From: Thermoanaerobaculia bacterium
GTDB taxonomy: Bacteria > Acidobacteriota > Thermoanaerobaculia > Gp7-AA8
Assembly: GCA_036488085.1 (NCBI GenBank)
Contig: DASXHZ010000058.1
Span: 122 to 64,121 of the forward strand
DNA length: 64,000 bases
Direction of reading: 5' to 3'
How positions within the stretch are numbered: position 1 is the stretch's first letter; every line of letters starts with the position of its first letter. Below, in pieces: positions 7,615 to 18,107 of the stretch. A program made the position numbers and the translations under genes. The notes under the pieces are model-generated. The model had not been told where the DNA came from. It worked only from the letters and a program-made list of their open reading frames with translations, and ran no database searches.

Positions 7615-9162
7615 ATGCGTTTGAAGTCCTTTGCGGCCGCAGCCGCGATTCTCTGCGTCGCCGGCAGCGGCGCGTTTTCAACACTCCGTGCCGACGATCC
7701 GAAACCGGCCGACAAGGCGGCTGCCGCGAAGCCCGCTGAAAAGGCGGAAAAGCCGGAGCCGAAGAAGTTCGTGAAGCAGCACCACGCCCACATCGGCGAT
7801 GCCGATGTGAACTACACCACCACGTCCGAGGAGATCTTCCTCAAGGACAACGACGGCAAGGAGACCGCGAGCTTCTTCACCATCGCATATACAAAGGATG
7901 GCGTCGCGCGGGCGGAAGACCGCCCCGTCACCTTCGTCTACAACGGCGGTCCCGGCTCTGCCTCGCTCTTCCTGCACTTCGGCCTCGTCGGGCCGAAGGT
8001 GATCGACATCCCGAGCGACGCCACCGATCCCGGCGCGCCGCCGTACAAGCTGCGCGACAACCCTGCCACGATCTTCCGCGCCACCGACCTCGTATTCGTC
8101 GATCCGATCGGCACCGGCTACAGCCACGCCATGGGCGACAAGAAGAACGAGGACTACTGGGGCTACGACGAGGACGCCGACTCCGTCGCGGAGTTCATCC
8201 GCACCTGGATCACGCAGCACAATCGCTGGAACTCCCCGAAGTATCTCCTCGGCGAGAGCTACGGCGGCATCCGCTCGTCGATGCTCGTTCCGCGGCTGCA
8301 GGGAAATCTAAACATCGGTCTCAACGGCGTGATCCTCATCTCTCCGGCGCTTAACATGGGAACGCTGCCGTTCATCACGACGGGGAACGATCTCTCCTAC
8401 GCGACGACGCTCCCGGCGCTCGCGGCCGCGGCTTACTACCACCACAAGCTCCCGGACCAGTGGAAGGACCTCGACACGCTGCTGAGGGAAGTCGAGCACT
8501 TCGCCGGCAACGAGTACCTCCTCGCGCTCTTCCAGGGCGACACGCTCGACAAGGCTTCCAAGGACAAGATCGCGGATTCGCTGCACCGCTACACGGGACT
8601 CTCGAAGGAGTACATCCTCCGCAGCGATCTGCGCATCTACGCGATGCGATTCACGAAGGAGTTGCTGCGCGACGAAGGGAAGTCGATCGGTGCGCTCGAC
8701 GACCGCTACGCGCAGGACGAGCTCGATCGCGTCGCAGAGTTCCCCGACAACGATCCGTTCGACGCGAAGACCGGTCCGATCTACGTCACACTCTTCCAGA
8801 ACTATCTCCGCAACGACCTCGGCGTCGACTGGGACAAGCGCTATTTCCCGCAGAACGGCGAGGCGAACCAGAAGTGGAAGCGGCCGGCCAACCGCCGCGG
8901 CGCGTTCGCGGGCTTCGTCGACGTCACCGGCGCGCTCGCGCAGGGGACGAAGGACAACGAGGCGCTACGCGTCTTCTCGGCGTCCGGCTACAACGATCTC
9001 GTGACGTCGTACTTCGCGAACAAGTACATGCTGACGCACAGCGGCATCGATCCGAAACGCCTGGTCATCAAGCAGTACCCCGGCGGACACATGATGTATC
9101 TCCACCACCCCTCGGAAGAGGCAGTCTCGAACGACATCGTGGCGTTCATCGAAGGGAAGTAG
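7615..9162 (+). CDS. Secreted serine carboxypeptidase-like protein (peptidase S10 type)
   Basis: Signal peptide [29 protein letters not shown] block and GESYGG nucleophile motif. GGAGG precedes the ATG. Confidence 0.8.
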   Translation: MRLKSFAAAAAILCVAGSGAFSTLRADDPKPADKAAAAKPAEKAEKPEPKKFVKQHHAHIGDADVNYTTTSEEIFLKDNDGKETASFFTIAYTKDGVARAEDRPVTFVYNGGPGSASLFLHFGLVGPKVIDIPSDATDPGAPPYKLRDNPATIFRATDLVFVDPIGTGYSHAMGDKKNEDYWGYDEDADSVAEFIRTWITQHNRWNSPKYLLGESYGGIRSSMLVPRLQGNLNIGLNGVILISPALNMGTLPFITTGNDLSYATTLPALAAAAYYHHKLPDQWKDLDTLLREVEHFAGNEYLLALFQGDTLDKASKDKIADSLHRYTGLSKEYILRSDLRIYAMRFTKELLRDEGKSIGALDDRYAQDELDRVAEFPDNDPFDAKTGPIYVTLFQNYLRNDLGVDWDKRYFPQNGEANQKWKRPANRRGAFAGFVDVTGALAQGTKDNEALRVFSASGYNDLVTSYFANKYMLTHSGIDPKRLVIKQYPGGHMMYLHHPSEEAVSNDIVAFIEGK

Positions 9163-11332
9163 GGTCCAACTTCTGATTGCGCAGTCGCAAAGCGTTCGCG
9201 ATGACGGTCACGCTGCTGAACGTCATCGCGGCGCTCGCGATGATCGGACTCAGGAGCACGCCAAAGAACGGATACAGCACGCCCGCCGCGATCGGCACGC
9301 CGAGGATGTTGTAGATGAAGGCGAAGAACAGGTTTTGCCTGATGTTTTGCATCATCGCCTCGGAGAGCCGGCGCGCGCGGGCGATGCCGCGCAGGTCGCC
9401 TTTCACCAGCGTGATGCCCGCGCTCTCGATCGCGATGTCCGTCCCGGTACCCATCGCGATTCCAACGTCCGCGCGCGAGAGGGCGGGAGCGTCGTTGACG
9501 CCGTCGCCCGCCATCGCGACGCGGTGACCTTCCGACTGCAGCTTCCGCACGACGTTCTCTTTGTCCGCCGGCAGCACCTCGGCTTCCACGCGATCGATTC
9601 GGAGCTTTCGGGCGACCGCCTCGGCGGTCGTACGCGCGTCGCCGGTCAGCATCACGACGTGGATGCCGTTCGCGTGCAGCGCTTGTAGTGCATCGGACGT
9701 CGTCGCCTTGATCGGATCGGCGATTGCGATCAGCGCCGCCGGTTTATCGTCGATCCGCGCGAAGACGACGGTGCTGCCATCGGTACGCAGCCGGTTCGCG
9801 GCCTCCTCATCGAATGACTCGTTCGTCACGCTGACGTGCGCCCCGTCGACGATTCCCGTCACGCCGCGGCCGGCGATCGTCTTGACGTTCGTCGCATTCT
9901 TCGTCTCCGGCGCAGCGGAGACCATCGCGTTCGCCAGCGGATGCTCGCTCGAACGTTCCACGCTCGCGACGAGCGACATCACATTTGCTTCGTCGAAGCC
10001 GTTGCGCGTCTCGACGTGGACGACCTTCGGTCTGCCTTCCGTGAGCGTCCCGGTCTTGTCGACAACGACCGTGTCGACTTTCGACAAGACCTCCAGCGCC
10101 TCGGCATTCCGCACCAGGATCCCGTTCGTCGCGCCCCGTCCGGTCGCGACCATGACGGACATCGGCGTCGCAAGCCCGAGGGCGCAAGGGCAGGCGATGA
10201 TCAGCACGGCGACCGCATTCACGAGCGCGCTGCTTAGCGTGCCGACGCTCAACCAGACGATGAACGTCACGATCGCGACGGCGATGACGATCGGTACAAA
10301 CCACCCGGAGACGACGTCGGCAAGCCGCTGAATCGGCGCTCGGCTGCGTTGCGCCTCGGCGACCATGCGCACAATCTGCGCGAGGAGTGTATCGGGGCCG
10401 ACGTGCTCGGCACGCATGATGACGGAGCCGGTCGTCACGACCGTTCCCGCGGTGACCTTACCGCCTTTCTCCTTCTCGACCGGCAGCGGCTCGCCGGTGA
10501 TCGTCGACTCATCGACCGCGCAGTTGCCTTCATCCACGACGCCGTCGACCGGCACGCGCTCCCCCGGCCGGATGCGGATCCGCATGCCGGTCTTGATGTG
10601 GTCGACCGGCATGTCGTGCTCGCCGTGATCCATCACGACACGCGCGGTCTTCGGCGTCAGGCCGAGGAGCGACTTGATCGCGTGCGACGTCCGCTCGCGC
10701 GCGCGCAACTCGAGAACCTGCCCGAGGAGCACGAGCGTCGTGATGATCGCGGCCGGCTCGAAGTAGAGCGGCAGGTGCAAGCGCGGCGCGAAGACGGCGA
10801 CGATGCTGAACCCGTACGCCGCGCCGGTGCCGAGGGCGATCAGCGTGAACATGTTCAGGTGCCGCGTGACGACCGACATCCAACCGCGCACGAAGAACGG
10901 CCAGCCGCCCCAAAGAACGACGGGTGTCGCAAGCGCGAACTGCACCCAAGGCAACATCATCCCGCCCATGCCGAGGACGAGAATCGGAACCGCGAGAACG
11001 GCGCTGACGATCAAGCGCCGCTGCATGTCGATCAGCTCTTCGTTCGGCTGCTCGTCGAGCGTGACCAAGCGCCGCTCGAGCGCCATCCCGCAAATCGGAC
11101 ACGCCCCCGCCTTGTCGCGCACGACCTCGGAGTGCATCGGACACATCCAGGTTTGTCCCTCTCCCTCCGGGAGAGGGTGCCGCGAAGCGGCGGGTGAGGG
11201 GCGTGCCTCTCGCTCGAACTTCGCGCGACACTCCGCACAACAGAAGTAATACCTCTCGCCATGGATCACGGCGGACTCCGCCGTCTCCGTGTCGACGCTC
11301 ATCCCGCACACCGGATCGACTGCTTTCGCCAT
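9146..11332 (-). CDS. copA: Cu(I)-translocating P1B-type ATPase
   Basis: Start at CAT 11330-11332 ([13 protein letters not shown]). CPC in a TM helix ([13 protein letters not shown]), DKTGTLT phosphorylation site and GDGVNDAP hinge. The track ORF extends 135 codons further upstream without support. Confidence 0.9.
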   Translation of the reverse strand: MAKAVDPVCGMSVDTETAESAVIHGERYYFCCAECRAKFEREARPSPAASRHPLPEGEGQTWMCPMHSEVVRDKAGACPICGMALERRLVTLDEQPNEELIDMQRRLIVSAVLAVPILVLGMGGMMLPWVQFALATPVVLWGGWPFFVRGWMSVVTRHLNMFTLIALGTGAAYGFSIVAVFAPRLHLPLYFEPAAIITTLVLLGQVLELRARERTSHAIKSLLGLTPKTARVVMDHGEHDMPVDHIKTGMRIRIRPGERVPVDGVVDEGNCAVDESTITGEPLPVEKEKGGKVTAGTVVTTGSVIMRAEHVGPDTLLAQIVRMVAEAQRSRAPIQRLADVVSGWFVPIVIAVAIVTFIVWLSVGTLSSALVNAVAVLIIACPCALGLATPMSVMVATGRGATNGILVRNAEALEVLSKVDTVVVDKTGTLTEGRPKVVHVETRNGFDEANVMSLVASVERSSEHPLANAMVSAAPETKNATNVKTIAGRGVTGIVDGAHVSVTNESFDEEAANRLRTDGSTVVFARIDDKPAALIAIADPIKATTSDALQALHANGIHVVMLTGDARTTAEAVARKLRIDRVEAEVLPADKENVVRKLQSEGHRVAMAGDGVNDAPALSRADVGIAMGTGTDIAIESAGITLVKGDLRGIARARRLSEAMMQNIRQNLFFAFIYNILGVPIAAGVLYPFFGVLLSPIIASAAMTFSSVTVIANALRLRNQKLDPTSLR

Positions 11333-11413
11333 GCGATCCGATCGTATCCGAATGGCAACCCCGCCTTCCGTCACTCCTGCTACACTGCCTCGTATCAGCT
11401 CCAGACAATTCGA

Positions 11414-12277
11414 ATGAACCCGGAAGAGCGCTTCCTGGCGAACGTACCGACGATCGAGAGGATCGCCGCGTTCTATTGCCGCCGCATGCACCTCGGCGAT
11501 GCCGACACCGAGGATTTCGTCAGCTATGTGAAGCTCGAGCTGATCGAGCGGAACTACGAGATCATCGGAAAGTTCGAGGGCCGAAGCTCGTTCAGCACCT
11601 ACCTCACGACCGTCATTCACCGGCTCCTCTATCAGCAGCGGACGAAGGAGTGGGGGAAGTGGCGCCCGTCGGCCGAGGCGAAGCGGATGGGCGATGTCGC
11701 GATCGCGCTGGAGCGGCTGACGACGCGAGACGGCCACTCCCTCGCTGAGGCGATCGAGATGATGACCACCGGCAACGCGCCCGCGGCATCGCGACGGGAG
11801 CTCGAAGCGATCGCGCTACGCCTTCCGCCGCGCGCGCCGCGTCCGATCCTGGTCACCGAAGAGGCGGTAGAGGACCTCGTCACCGCGGCCGACGATCCGT
11901 CCGACGGCCCGATCTCGCGCGAGCGCGAGCGTCTCGCACGCCGCGCCGCCTCGGTCCTCGACGAGATCATGAATTCGTTGGAGCCCGAGGACCGGCTGAT
12001 CCTCAAGATGCGCTTCTGGAGCGCGCAACGCATCGCCGACATCGCCGCCACGCTCCACCTCGACGCGAAGAAGACCTACAAACGGATCGAGAAGCTCCTC
12101 GGCAAGCTCCGCGCCGCGCTCGAGCGCGCCGGCATCGGCCGCAAAGAGATCGACGACCTCTTCGCGCACGGCGACCGGCCGGTCGAGATCGTGCCGGCCG
12201 AGGGAATTCCACCGTCACGTCCCTCCAAACCAGCGGGGGACTTCGGGGGCGGGGAGAGCCGGCTATCGGGGAGATGA
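11414..12277 (+). CDS. ECF-type sigma-70 factor
   Basis: ATG at 11414 (MNPEERF). Region-2-like [24 protein letters not shown] and region-4 [38 protein letters not shown]. The stop overlaps the next ATG (ATGA at 12274-12277). Confidence 0.8.
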   Translation: MNPEERFLANVPTIERIAAFYCRRMHLGDADTEDFVSYVKLELIERNYEIIGKFEGRSSFSTYLTTVIHRLLYQQRTKEWGKWRPSAEAKRMGDVAIALERLTTRDGHSLAEAIEMMTTGNAPAASRRELEAIALRLPPRAPRPILVTEEAVEDLVTAADDPSDGPISRERERLARRAASVLDEIMNSLEPEDRLILKMRFWSAQRIADIAATLHLDAKKTYKRIEKLLGKLRAALERAGIGRKEIDDLFAHGDRPVEIVPAEGIPPSRPSKPAGDFGGGESRLSGR

Positions 12278-15200
12278 AGGAACCGATGGAACACTCCGCA
12301 TTCCCCTCAGACGAGACGCTCGCCGCGTTTATCGACGGACGACTCGACGAGGAGACGAGGAAACGAGTGGTCGCCCACGTTGCGGATTGCGAGGAGTGCT
12401 ACGGGACGGTGATGGCGTCTGGAGCGTTACAGCACGCCGACGAGAAACCACTCATCGTTTCGCGCCTGCGTTCGTGGAAGGCGCTCTCGATCTCGTCCCG
12501 GTCAATTGCAGCAGCCGCAGTGATCGCGATGGTGATTTTCCGGGCTCCGTTGCGGGATCGGTATCGCGACTACACCTATGAACGCCGAACTGGCATCCGA
12601 GGGATTGTAGATGCCGCGAACCTGACAGCATCCCGGGACATTGCTGGCCGTCTGAGCGGGCCGTTCGAGTACAAGCCGCTCGTCATCTTGCGCGGCCCGG
12701 GTGATGATTCCGACAAATGGTCGCTCAAAGGAGCGGCGGGTGCTTTACGATCCGATGTCGGCCGAGACGCTTCTGCTGACAAGCTTCACGGTCTCGGTGT
12801 TGCGCATCTCCTCGTCGGCGAATATGACGCCGCAGTTGATGCGCTTGAGGACGCCCTTGCAAAGGAGACCGGTGAAGCGAACTCACCTAGAGCGATTGCC
12901 GAGTGTCGCGATGCTCGACTTCTTACAGACTTAAGCGCTGCGTATGCGGCGCGCTCAGCGGACACACATAGCTCTCACGATGCCCCGGGCAGTTCTCAAG
13001 ATGCGTTGGCTGCTGATGACGCCGCCGAACGAGCCTGGGCTCTAGAGCAGTCACCCCAGGCCGCCTGGAACCGTGCGATAGCCGCTGAGTCTATGCACGC
13101 GAGACCGCTCGCGATTCAGGCTTGGCGTGATTATCTGGCTCTTGACTCCAGTTCGCGATGGAGCGCCGAAGCTCGCGATCACCTTTCATCGCTGACAGCA
13201 ACACGCGGAGCCGAAGACTGGCCATCCGCCAAAGCACGCATGGTTGGCGCCTTGGGTCGCGGGGAAAACAGCACAGTAGCCGATGTCGTTCGCTCGTTCT
13301 ACCCCCAGAGCCGGTCGTACCTCGAAGACGAACTTCTCCCTCGTCTCGCGCAAGACGCATCGGACAGAAGTACCGCAGCTATCGTCGACGGGTTGGCACG
13401 TGCCATATCCGATGTTTTCGGTGATCGGACGGTAATCGACTCACTGCCCTATCTAAAGGATCCGCTTGTTGCGGCGGCTGTTGCAGAATTCGGCGCCGCC
13501 CGTAAGAATCGATCGCTACCGCTCGACCACATCGCCACAACACTTGTTGCTTCGGGAGTTCCACTTGGTGGCCGTGCGCAAGTCTTTGCGGCGTTCTCGA
13601 CCTATTACGCACATCACTATTCGGACGCGATCGACAAAGCACGCGCAGCGCGTTCTACTTTCGGCATTGATCACTTTCCGTCAGTCGTAGCCCAATCGTT
13701 GTGGATCGAGGGTCTAGCGCTTGCTTCAGAACGCAAGCTTGGCGAGGCAAACGCTGCATTATCGCAGGCTATCACGCTTTTCTCCAAACTGAATGATCCT
13801 AGAAGCATCGCTGGCCTCGACGGCGTAATCTCGGATAATTATAGGCTTGCGGGCGACCCTCGCTCCGCATTGACAGCCTTGATCGACGCTCTGGCCGTGA
13901 GGGAAGCCAGCGGCTGGGACATTGATTACATTTGCTTCAGCGATCTGGCAAAGACATGCGATCTGATGGGATCTCGGTCTGCGACGCTTGCATTTCTTGA
14001 TGCCGCGCTCCGCCGTGCGGCCGCCGATCATTCGGCGGCGGAGACCACAGACGCCCTCGTTGCGCGAGCGGAGCTTCGCCATGCCTCTGGTGACGACGAC
14101 AGTGCGCTCACCGACATTCACGATGCCGAGCGAGAAATAACAGGCGTTAAGAGCGATCAGGATCGAGTCCGACTCAACATGTATCTAGACGTGGTTGTAG
14201 GCAATGCGCTCGCAAGAAGAAGCCCGCGACAGGCTTTGCAGCACCTCGTGCGTGCCGTCTCGGTGGCAAAAGCCCTCGGCAGCCCTGAACACATTCTCAT
14301 GGCCCTCTACGGCCGTGGCGTCGCGGAGCGAACACTTGGAAACGAGGCTCAAGCGGTCGCAACTCTTAAAGAAGCATTTGTCGAAGCGGAGCGGCAGAGG
14401 AAAGACATCGACGGCGATGACACACGAGTGTCGCTGGTAGATTTCGTTAGGCCGGTAGAAGACGAACTGGTACGGTCGTTTATAGAGACTGGGCACGGCG
14501 AGGAGGCCCTCCTTTGGTCCGAACGAGCGAAAGGGCGCGTCACTTTGGATTCCGCGCGAGCTCACGGTGTCGCGGTCATCGATCCTGTAACCGTATCCGA
14601 TCTCGCCGAAAGCGTAGAACCGTCCACTAATTATGTAGAATTTCAGGTGCTTCCCGACGCCGTTGCGATATGGACGGTGGGTGCCGGCAAGGTAGGATTC
14701 CAACTGACCCGCATTCGAAAGACAGATCTTGAATCACGCATACGGTCGCTGTCGTCCGCCGCATTTAGAGGTGACGACATCCTGTTCGCGCGAGTTTCGA
14801 CGGAGATCTATTCGATGCTTATTTCGCCCGTTGAGGACTACTTCGCTGGCGACCAAGTGACGCTAATACCGGACGCCGTGCTGACGTCTGTGCCCTGGCC
14901 GGCTCTCAAATCTCCAAAGACAGGGGAGCGGCTTGGCGGTCGGTATGCGCTGGCCGTCGCGCCGTCGATTACTTGGTGCATTAGTCGTAAAAGTAACACT
15001 GACAAAACGCCACTGTCCAGAATCGCAATCGTTGTAGGCGGAAGCGACGGAGGGCTGCGCGCTCTCCCTGAGGCGGAGGCGGATGCAGAAAGGCTTGCGT
15101 CGTTATTCGTTCATCACGAGACTCTCGCGGGCAACGTAACCGATTCGGACGTCCGCCGCTCTGCGTCGGCTCAACAGATCCTCCATTTCGCTGGACATGC

Positions 15201-15576
15201 GGATCATGACGCGCTTCTTGTAGGAAGACCACCGCACCGGTTGGACCTTGGTACTATCAGAGGTATAGACTTTTCGCGTGTACGCTTGATAACTCTGGCG
15301 GCATGCGCGACCTCACGTGGCCGCGCTACCAGCGACGGCTCGATGAGTCTTGCGCGGGCATTCCTAGTGGGAAACGCGCCGAGCGTACTGGCGACAAATA
15401 CGCCGATCGACGATTGGCTAGCCAGTCGCTTGTCCGAAGCATTCTATCGTCGGCTACCTAGAAGCGAGGGAATCGCCGACGCGCTCCGCGCCGCGCGTTT
15501 GGATATTTGCCAATCGCCGGCGAATTCTACAACCCAGTGTTGGGCCGCGTTTCAGGTTTGGGGGGTCGCTGCCTGA
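12274..15576 (+). CDS. Anti-sigma (zf-HC2) - TM - TPR-like - CHAT-domain protease fusion
   Basis: N-terminal HVADCEEC (H-x3-C-x2-C), hydrophobic SIAAAAVIAMVIF, and a long Ala/Leu-rich helical repeat region. The C-terminus carries the CHAT dyad context ILHFAGHADHD and ITLAACATSRG. Confidence 0.85.
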   Translation: MKEPMEHSAFPSDETLAAFIDGRLDEETRKRVVAHVADCEECYGTVMASGALQHADEKPLIVSRLRSWKALSISSRSIAAAAVIAMVIFRAPLRDRYRDYTYERRTGIRGIVDAANLTASRDIAGRLSGPFEYKPLVILRGPGDDSDKWSLKGAAGALRSDVGRDASADKLHGLGVAHLLVGEYDAAVDALEDALAKETGEANSPRAIAECRDARLLTDLSAAYAARSADTHSSHDAPGSSQDALAADDAAERAWALEQSPQAAWNRAIAAESMHARPLAIQAWRDYLALDSSSRWSAEARDHLSSLTATRGAEDWPSAKARMVGALGRGENSTVADVVRSFYPQSRSYLEDELLPRLAQDASDRSTAAIVDGLARAISDVFGDRTVIDSLPYLKDPLVAAAVAEFGAARKNRSLPLDHIATTLVASGVPLGGRAQVFAAFSTYYAHHYSDAIDKARAARSTFGIDHFPSVVAQSLWIEGLALASERKLGEANAALSQAITLFSKLNDPRSIAGLDGVISDNYRLAGDPRSALTALIDALAVREASGWDIDYICFSDLAKTCDLMGSRSATLAFLDAALRRAAADHSAAETTDALVARAELRHASGDDDSALTDIHDAEREITGVKSDQDRVRLNMYLDVVVGNALARRSPRQALQHLVRAVSVAKALGSPEHILMALYGRGVAERTLGNEAQAVATLKEAFVEAERQRKDIDGDDTRVSLVDFVRPVEDELVRSFIETGHGEEALLWSERAKGRVTLDSARAHGVAVIDPVTVSDLAESVEPSTNYVEFQVLPDAVAIWTVGAGKVGFQLTRIRKTDLESRIRSLSSAAFRGDDILFARVSTEIYSMLISPVEDYFAGDQVTLIPDAVLTSVPWPALKSPKTGERLGGRYALAVAPSITWCISRKSNTDKTPLSRIAIVVGGSDGGLRALPEAEADAERLASLFVHHETLAGNVTDSDVRRSASAQQILHFAGHADHDALLVGRPPHRLDLGTIRGIDFSRVRLITLAACATSRGRATSDGSMSLARAFLVGNAPSVLATNTPIDDWLASRLSEAFYRRLPRSEGIADALRAARLDICQSPANSTTQCWAAFQVWGVAA

Positions 15577-15653
15577 AGCGGTATCCAGGACACCTCGGTG
15601 GACGAATATGAACCAAAAATGACTGCTAACAGAGAATAGAAAGGGACCGCTGC

Positions 15654-16706
15654 ATGCATCTCCGCACCACGGCATTCACCTTGTTCTTTACGCTCACTCT
15701 ACCGGCCGCGACGCAAGCCGATCTCACGATCGAAGCGGCGAAAGCCGTCAGTCTCTCGCCGCCCGGCGACCCTAAGAACTTCCCTGTCGAAGTTCACGTC
15801 ATTACCAGCGGCGTATGCACATTCGACTTAGCCGACAATAGGATCATCGTTCCTCGGCACGACAAGAAGCAGGGACATGTTCCGGCGCATAAGGCATATC
15901 TTCTCTTTGAGGAGTCGGAGCTCGCCGCGAGTTCCTTTCCTGATGAACTTCTTCATATCGATGATAAGTTTACAGGCCGGAAGCAGGTAGTTTACCCATT
16001 GGATGGGGATGAGTTATCGATTTCGACCGCTAACACTCCCGATGACAAGGTCGTTGCAACCGTGCCTGCGCAGGGCACGCATTGCCCGGTGAACGAATTG
16101 GATGTCTCTATGCACTGGGTGCCGAGCCTCTCAAGCGTTCTTGGAACACCTGTTGAGGTAGACCGAGACTATTTGACCAAGAAGAATGACCAGCCTGACA
16201 AGGTCGCAGGGACGCTCCTCTTTGCTCAAACGGGACGCTTGGACGCACACGTCATCGATAAAAACCTTTATGAGTTTGTGGACGACGGCCGTGATAGAAG
16301 TCATATGCAGGCGATTGCTCAATTGGTAGACTATACGTTTCGCGCAACAGATGTGCTCGTCCTGAATCGAAAGAAGGGGAATAATCCACCGGACAAAGCT
16401 TTCCTGAAGCTTCAGGCGGACCCGACGACACCTCAAAAGATATACTTGAAGCTAGCCAACACACCTGACTATGTACTCGAGGGCCCGATGCCGTCTCGGG
16501 AGCGAGATGAGCATTGGGATCTTCATTATGATATGGTGCGAAATGCGGGCAATCACCCCATTCCGACGCCGACGTTCGCGAACTGCACCGGGGTGCCGGT
16601 TGTGAACTGCCAGCCGGCAACCGGATTATGTACCTCGGTGGTTTCCAGTGCATCGTTTACTTTGTCGGTCGGAGGTCTCGATTGCGGTCCCGATGGTTTG
16701 CCATAG
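15654..16706 (+). CDS. Secreted hypothetical protein, Cys-containing C-terminus
   Basis: 350 aa with signal peptide MHLRTTAFTLFFTLTLPAATQA. AT-richer codon usage like its neighbours. No family recognised. Confidence 0.7.
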   Translation: MHLRTTAFTLFFTLTLPAATQADLTIEAAKAVSLSPPGDPKNFPVEVHVITSGVCTFDLADNRIIVPRHDKKQGHVPAHKAYLLFEESELAASSFPDELLHIDDKFTGRKQVVYPLDGDELSISTANTPDDKVVATVPAQGTHCPVNELDVSMHWVPSLSSVLGTPVEVDRDYLTKKNDQPDKVAGTLLFAQTGRLDAHVIDKNLYEFVDDGRDRSHMQAIAQLVDYTFRATDVLVLNRKKGNNPPDKAFLKLQADPTTPQKIYLKLANTPDYVLEGPMPSRERDEHWDLHYDMVRNAGNHPIPTPTFANCTGVPVVNCQPATGLCTSVVSSASFTLSVGGLDCGPDGLP

Positions 16707-17605
16707 GCGCGAGGTTTCTCTGGACGACGGTTCTCGCGATCTTATGCGAATCGGCCTTGGGTCAAACGATACCTGGCGACTGTGTCACGGTGACATCAGC
16801 GGACGGAGACTGCGCGCTGAAATGTGCCGCGCAGGCATTAGGGGGCAGCTCCCATGATAGTAATGTCGTTGCATTGGGAAATCTGAAGACGTGCATCGGG
16901 GCTGATCGGACACGGCGTGTGACGATTGTAGGTCATGGTTTGCCAGGATTTTTGTATACCAATGTCGACAACGTACCTACGGCGCATGTGCTCGATGAGG
17001 ATACACTTTCCGACTTTAGCAACTATCTTCCGGTTTCGCCGGCTGAGATTGTTTTGTTTGGTTGTGATGTCGGAAAGGGATCGACGGGGGCGAAGGTAGT
17101 AAGAGAGGTGGCCGCATTTACGGGGGCGACCGTGTTCGCACGAACAGGGTTTATATTTTGTGCTTGCGGTGGCCCGTGTACGTATGAACCCGGCACAGGT
17201 TGGGTCAGTTCCGACTCCGCCCAAAGATTCGCTGCCGAGCCGACGCGCCAGACGGCCACGTTGACCGGCCACATCGCGCGGTTGCAGTTGCAGGTACCGT
17301 GGCCGTTGGTCAAGCACATTTCGTTGACCTTGCTGTCCGTTAGTGGTGAGGTGATTTTTGAGCGTGAACTTCACGGAAGAGAGGTTGCGGGTCTGCTTCG
17401 GCTGTTCATTCAACGCGCGAAATTCGTGGATCCGGGTTGCCCTCTTGCGGCGAAGGCGGCGGTCGTCGAGATCGATTTCGCCAACAAACACCGTCGGTTC
17501 GACATATACAATGATCGGTTGGCGGTTGATTCGACCAGCAGGGCATGGTACGCCGTAACGGATTTCGGTAAGTTTCGTCTAAAACTGTTGGGCAAGGATC
17601 GCTGA
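16628..17605 (+). CDS. Secreted DUF4347-like protein
   Basis: VTIVGHGLPGFLY ... IVLFGCDVGKGSTGAKVVREVAAFTGATVFARTG matches the remembered DUF4347 pattern (HG..G.L...ilLyGC.vg.G..G..f...la..tGa.V.A). A TTG at 16682 gives a cleaner signal peptide (RSRWFAIGARFLWTTVLAILCESALG). Confidence 0.7.
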   Translation: MYLGGFQCIVYFVGRRSRLRSRWFAIGARFLWTTVLAILCESALGQTIPGDCVTVTSADGDCALKCAAQALGGSSHDSNVVALGNLKTCIGADRTRRVTIVGHGLPGFLYTNVDNVPTAHVLDEDTLSDFSNYLPVSPAEIVLFGCDVGKGSTGAKVVREVAAFTGATVFARTGFIFCACGGPCTYEPGTGWVSSDSAQRFAAEPTRQTATLTGHIARLQLQVPWPLVKHISLTLLSVSGEVIFERELHGREVAGLLRLFIQRAKFVDPGCPLAAKAAVVEIDFANKHRRFDIYNDRLAVDSTSRAWYAVTDFGKFRLKLLGKDR

Positions 17606-17885
17606 AGCATTTCCGGCAGCATCCCAGGAGGCCGGGAGTTAACGGATTCCTGTTGTGGCGTCTCCACCATCGATAAGCGGTGACGATGTCGGGTTGTGTC
17701 ATCATCGTCGACGACTTTACACAACAACGACGTCTTTACACGATCCTCCTCGGCCCACTACCGTCGCGGCGGCATGTGGCGCGTCTCGATGCCGTCCATC
17801 TCGGGCTTGACGAGATCGACGAAGAGGAGGCCGGTGGTCTCGTCCCAGAATGGCGGCAGGTGACTTCTCACAGTCGCGACGTGCG

Positions 17886-18075
17886 AAATTACCTTTGCGA
17901 GGTAGGTTTCCACCTTTTTCACGTGCAACCCTACGTCGTCGACGTAGGTTCCTACCCTTTTCGTGGTTCCTCCCTACCTTCGCGACGTAGGTTCCTACGA
18001 GAAAAAGGTGCATCCATACCTTGGCGAGGTGACTCCCCACCTTCGCGAGGTAGGTTGCTACGTCTTTGGAGTTCG
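17886..18075. repeat. Degenerate 21/42-bp tandem repeat (array B)
   Basis: GTAGGTT cores at 17902, 17944, 17987 and 18050, with a GGTGACT variant at about 18028. The 21-nt unit is like ACCTTCGCGA(G/C)GTAGGTTCCT. It includes the near-palindrome CCTACGTCGTCGACGTAGG. Confidence 0.7.
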
Positions 18076-18107
18076 GTGTGGCGCCGGCAAGCCTGCCGGC
18101 GCCACAC
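18076..18107. terminator. Bidirectional intrinsic-terminator-like hairpin between convergent genes
   Basis: GTGTGGCGCCGGCA agcc TGCCGGCGCCACAC is a perfect 14-bp stem, 10 nt from the stop of the 18118 gene. Confidence 0.6.

Noticed and set aside
11333-11737. 135-codon N-terminal extension of copA in the track ORF
   Set aside because: It overlaps the ECF sigma gene region on the opposite strand and has non-protein-like composition. The Met at 11332 begins directly with the metal-binding motif.
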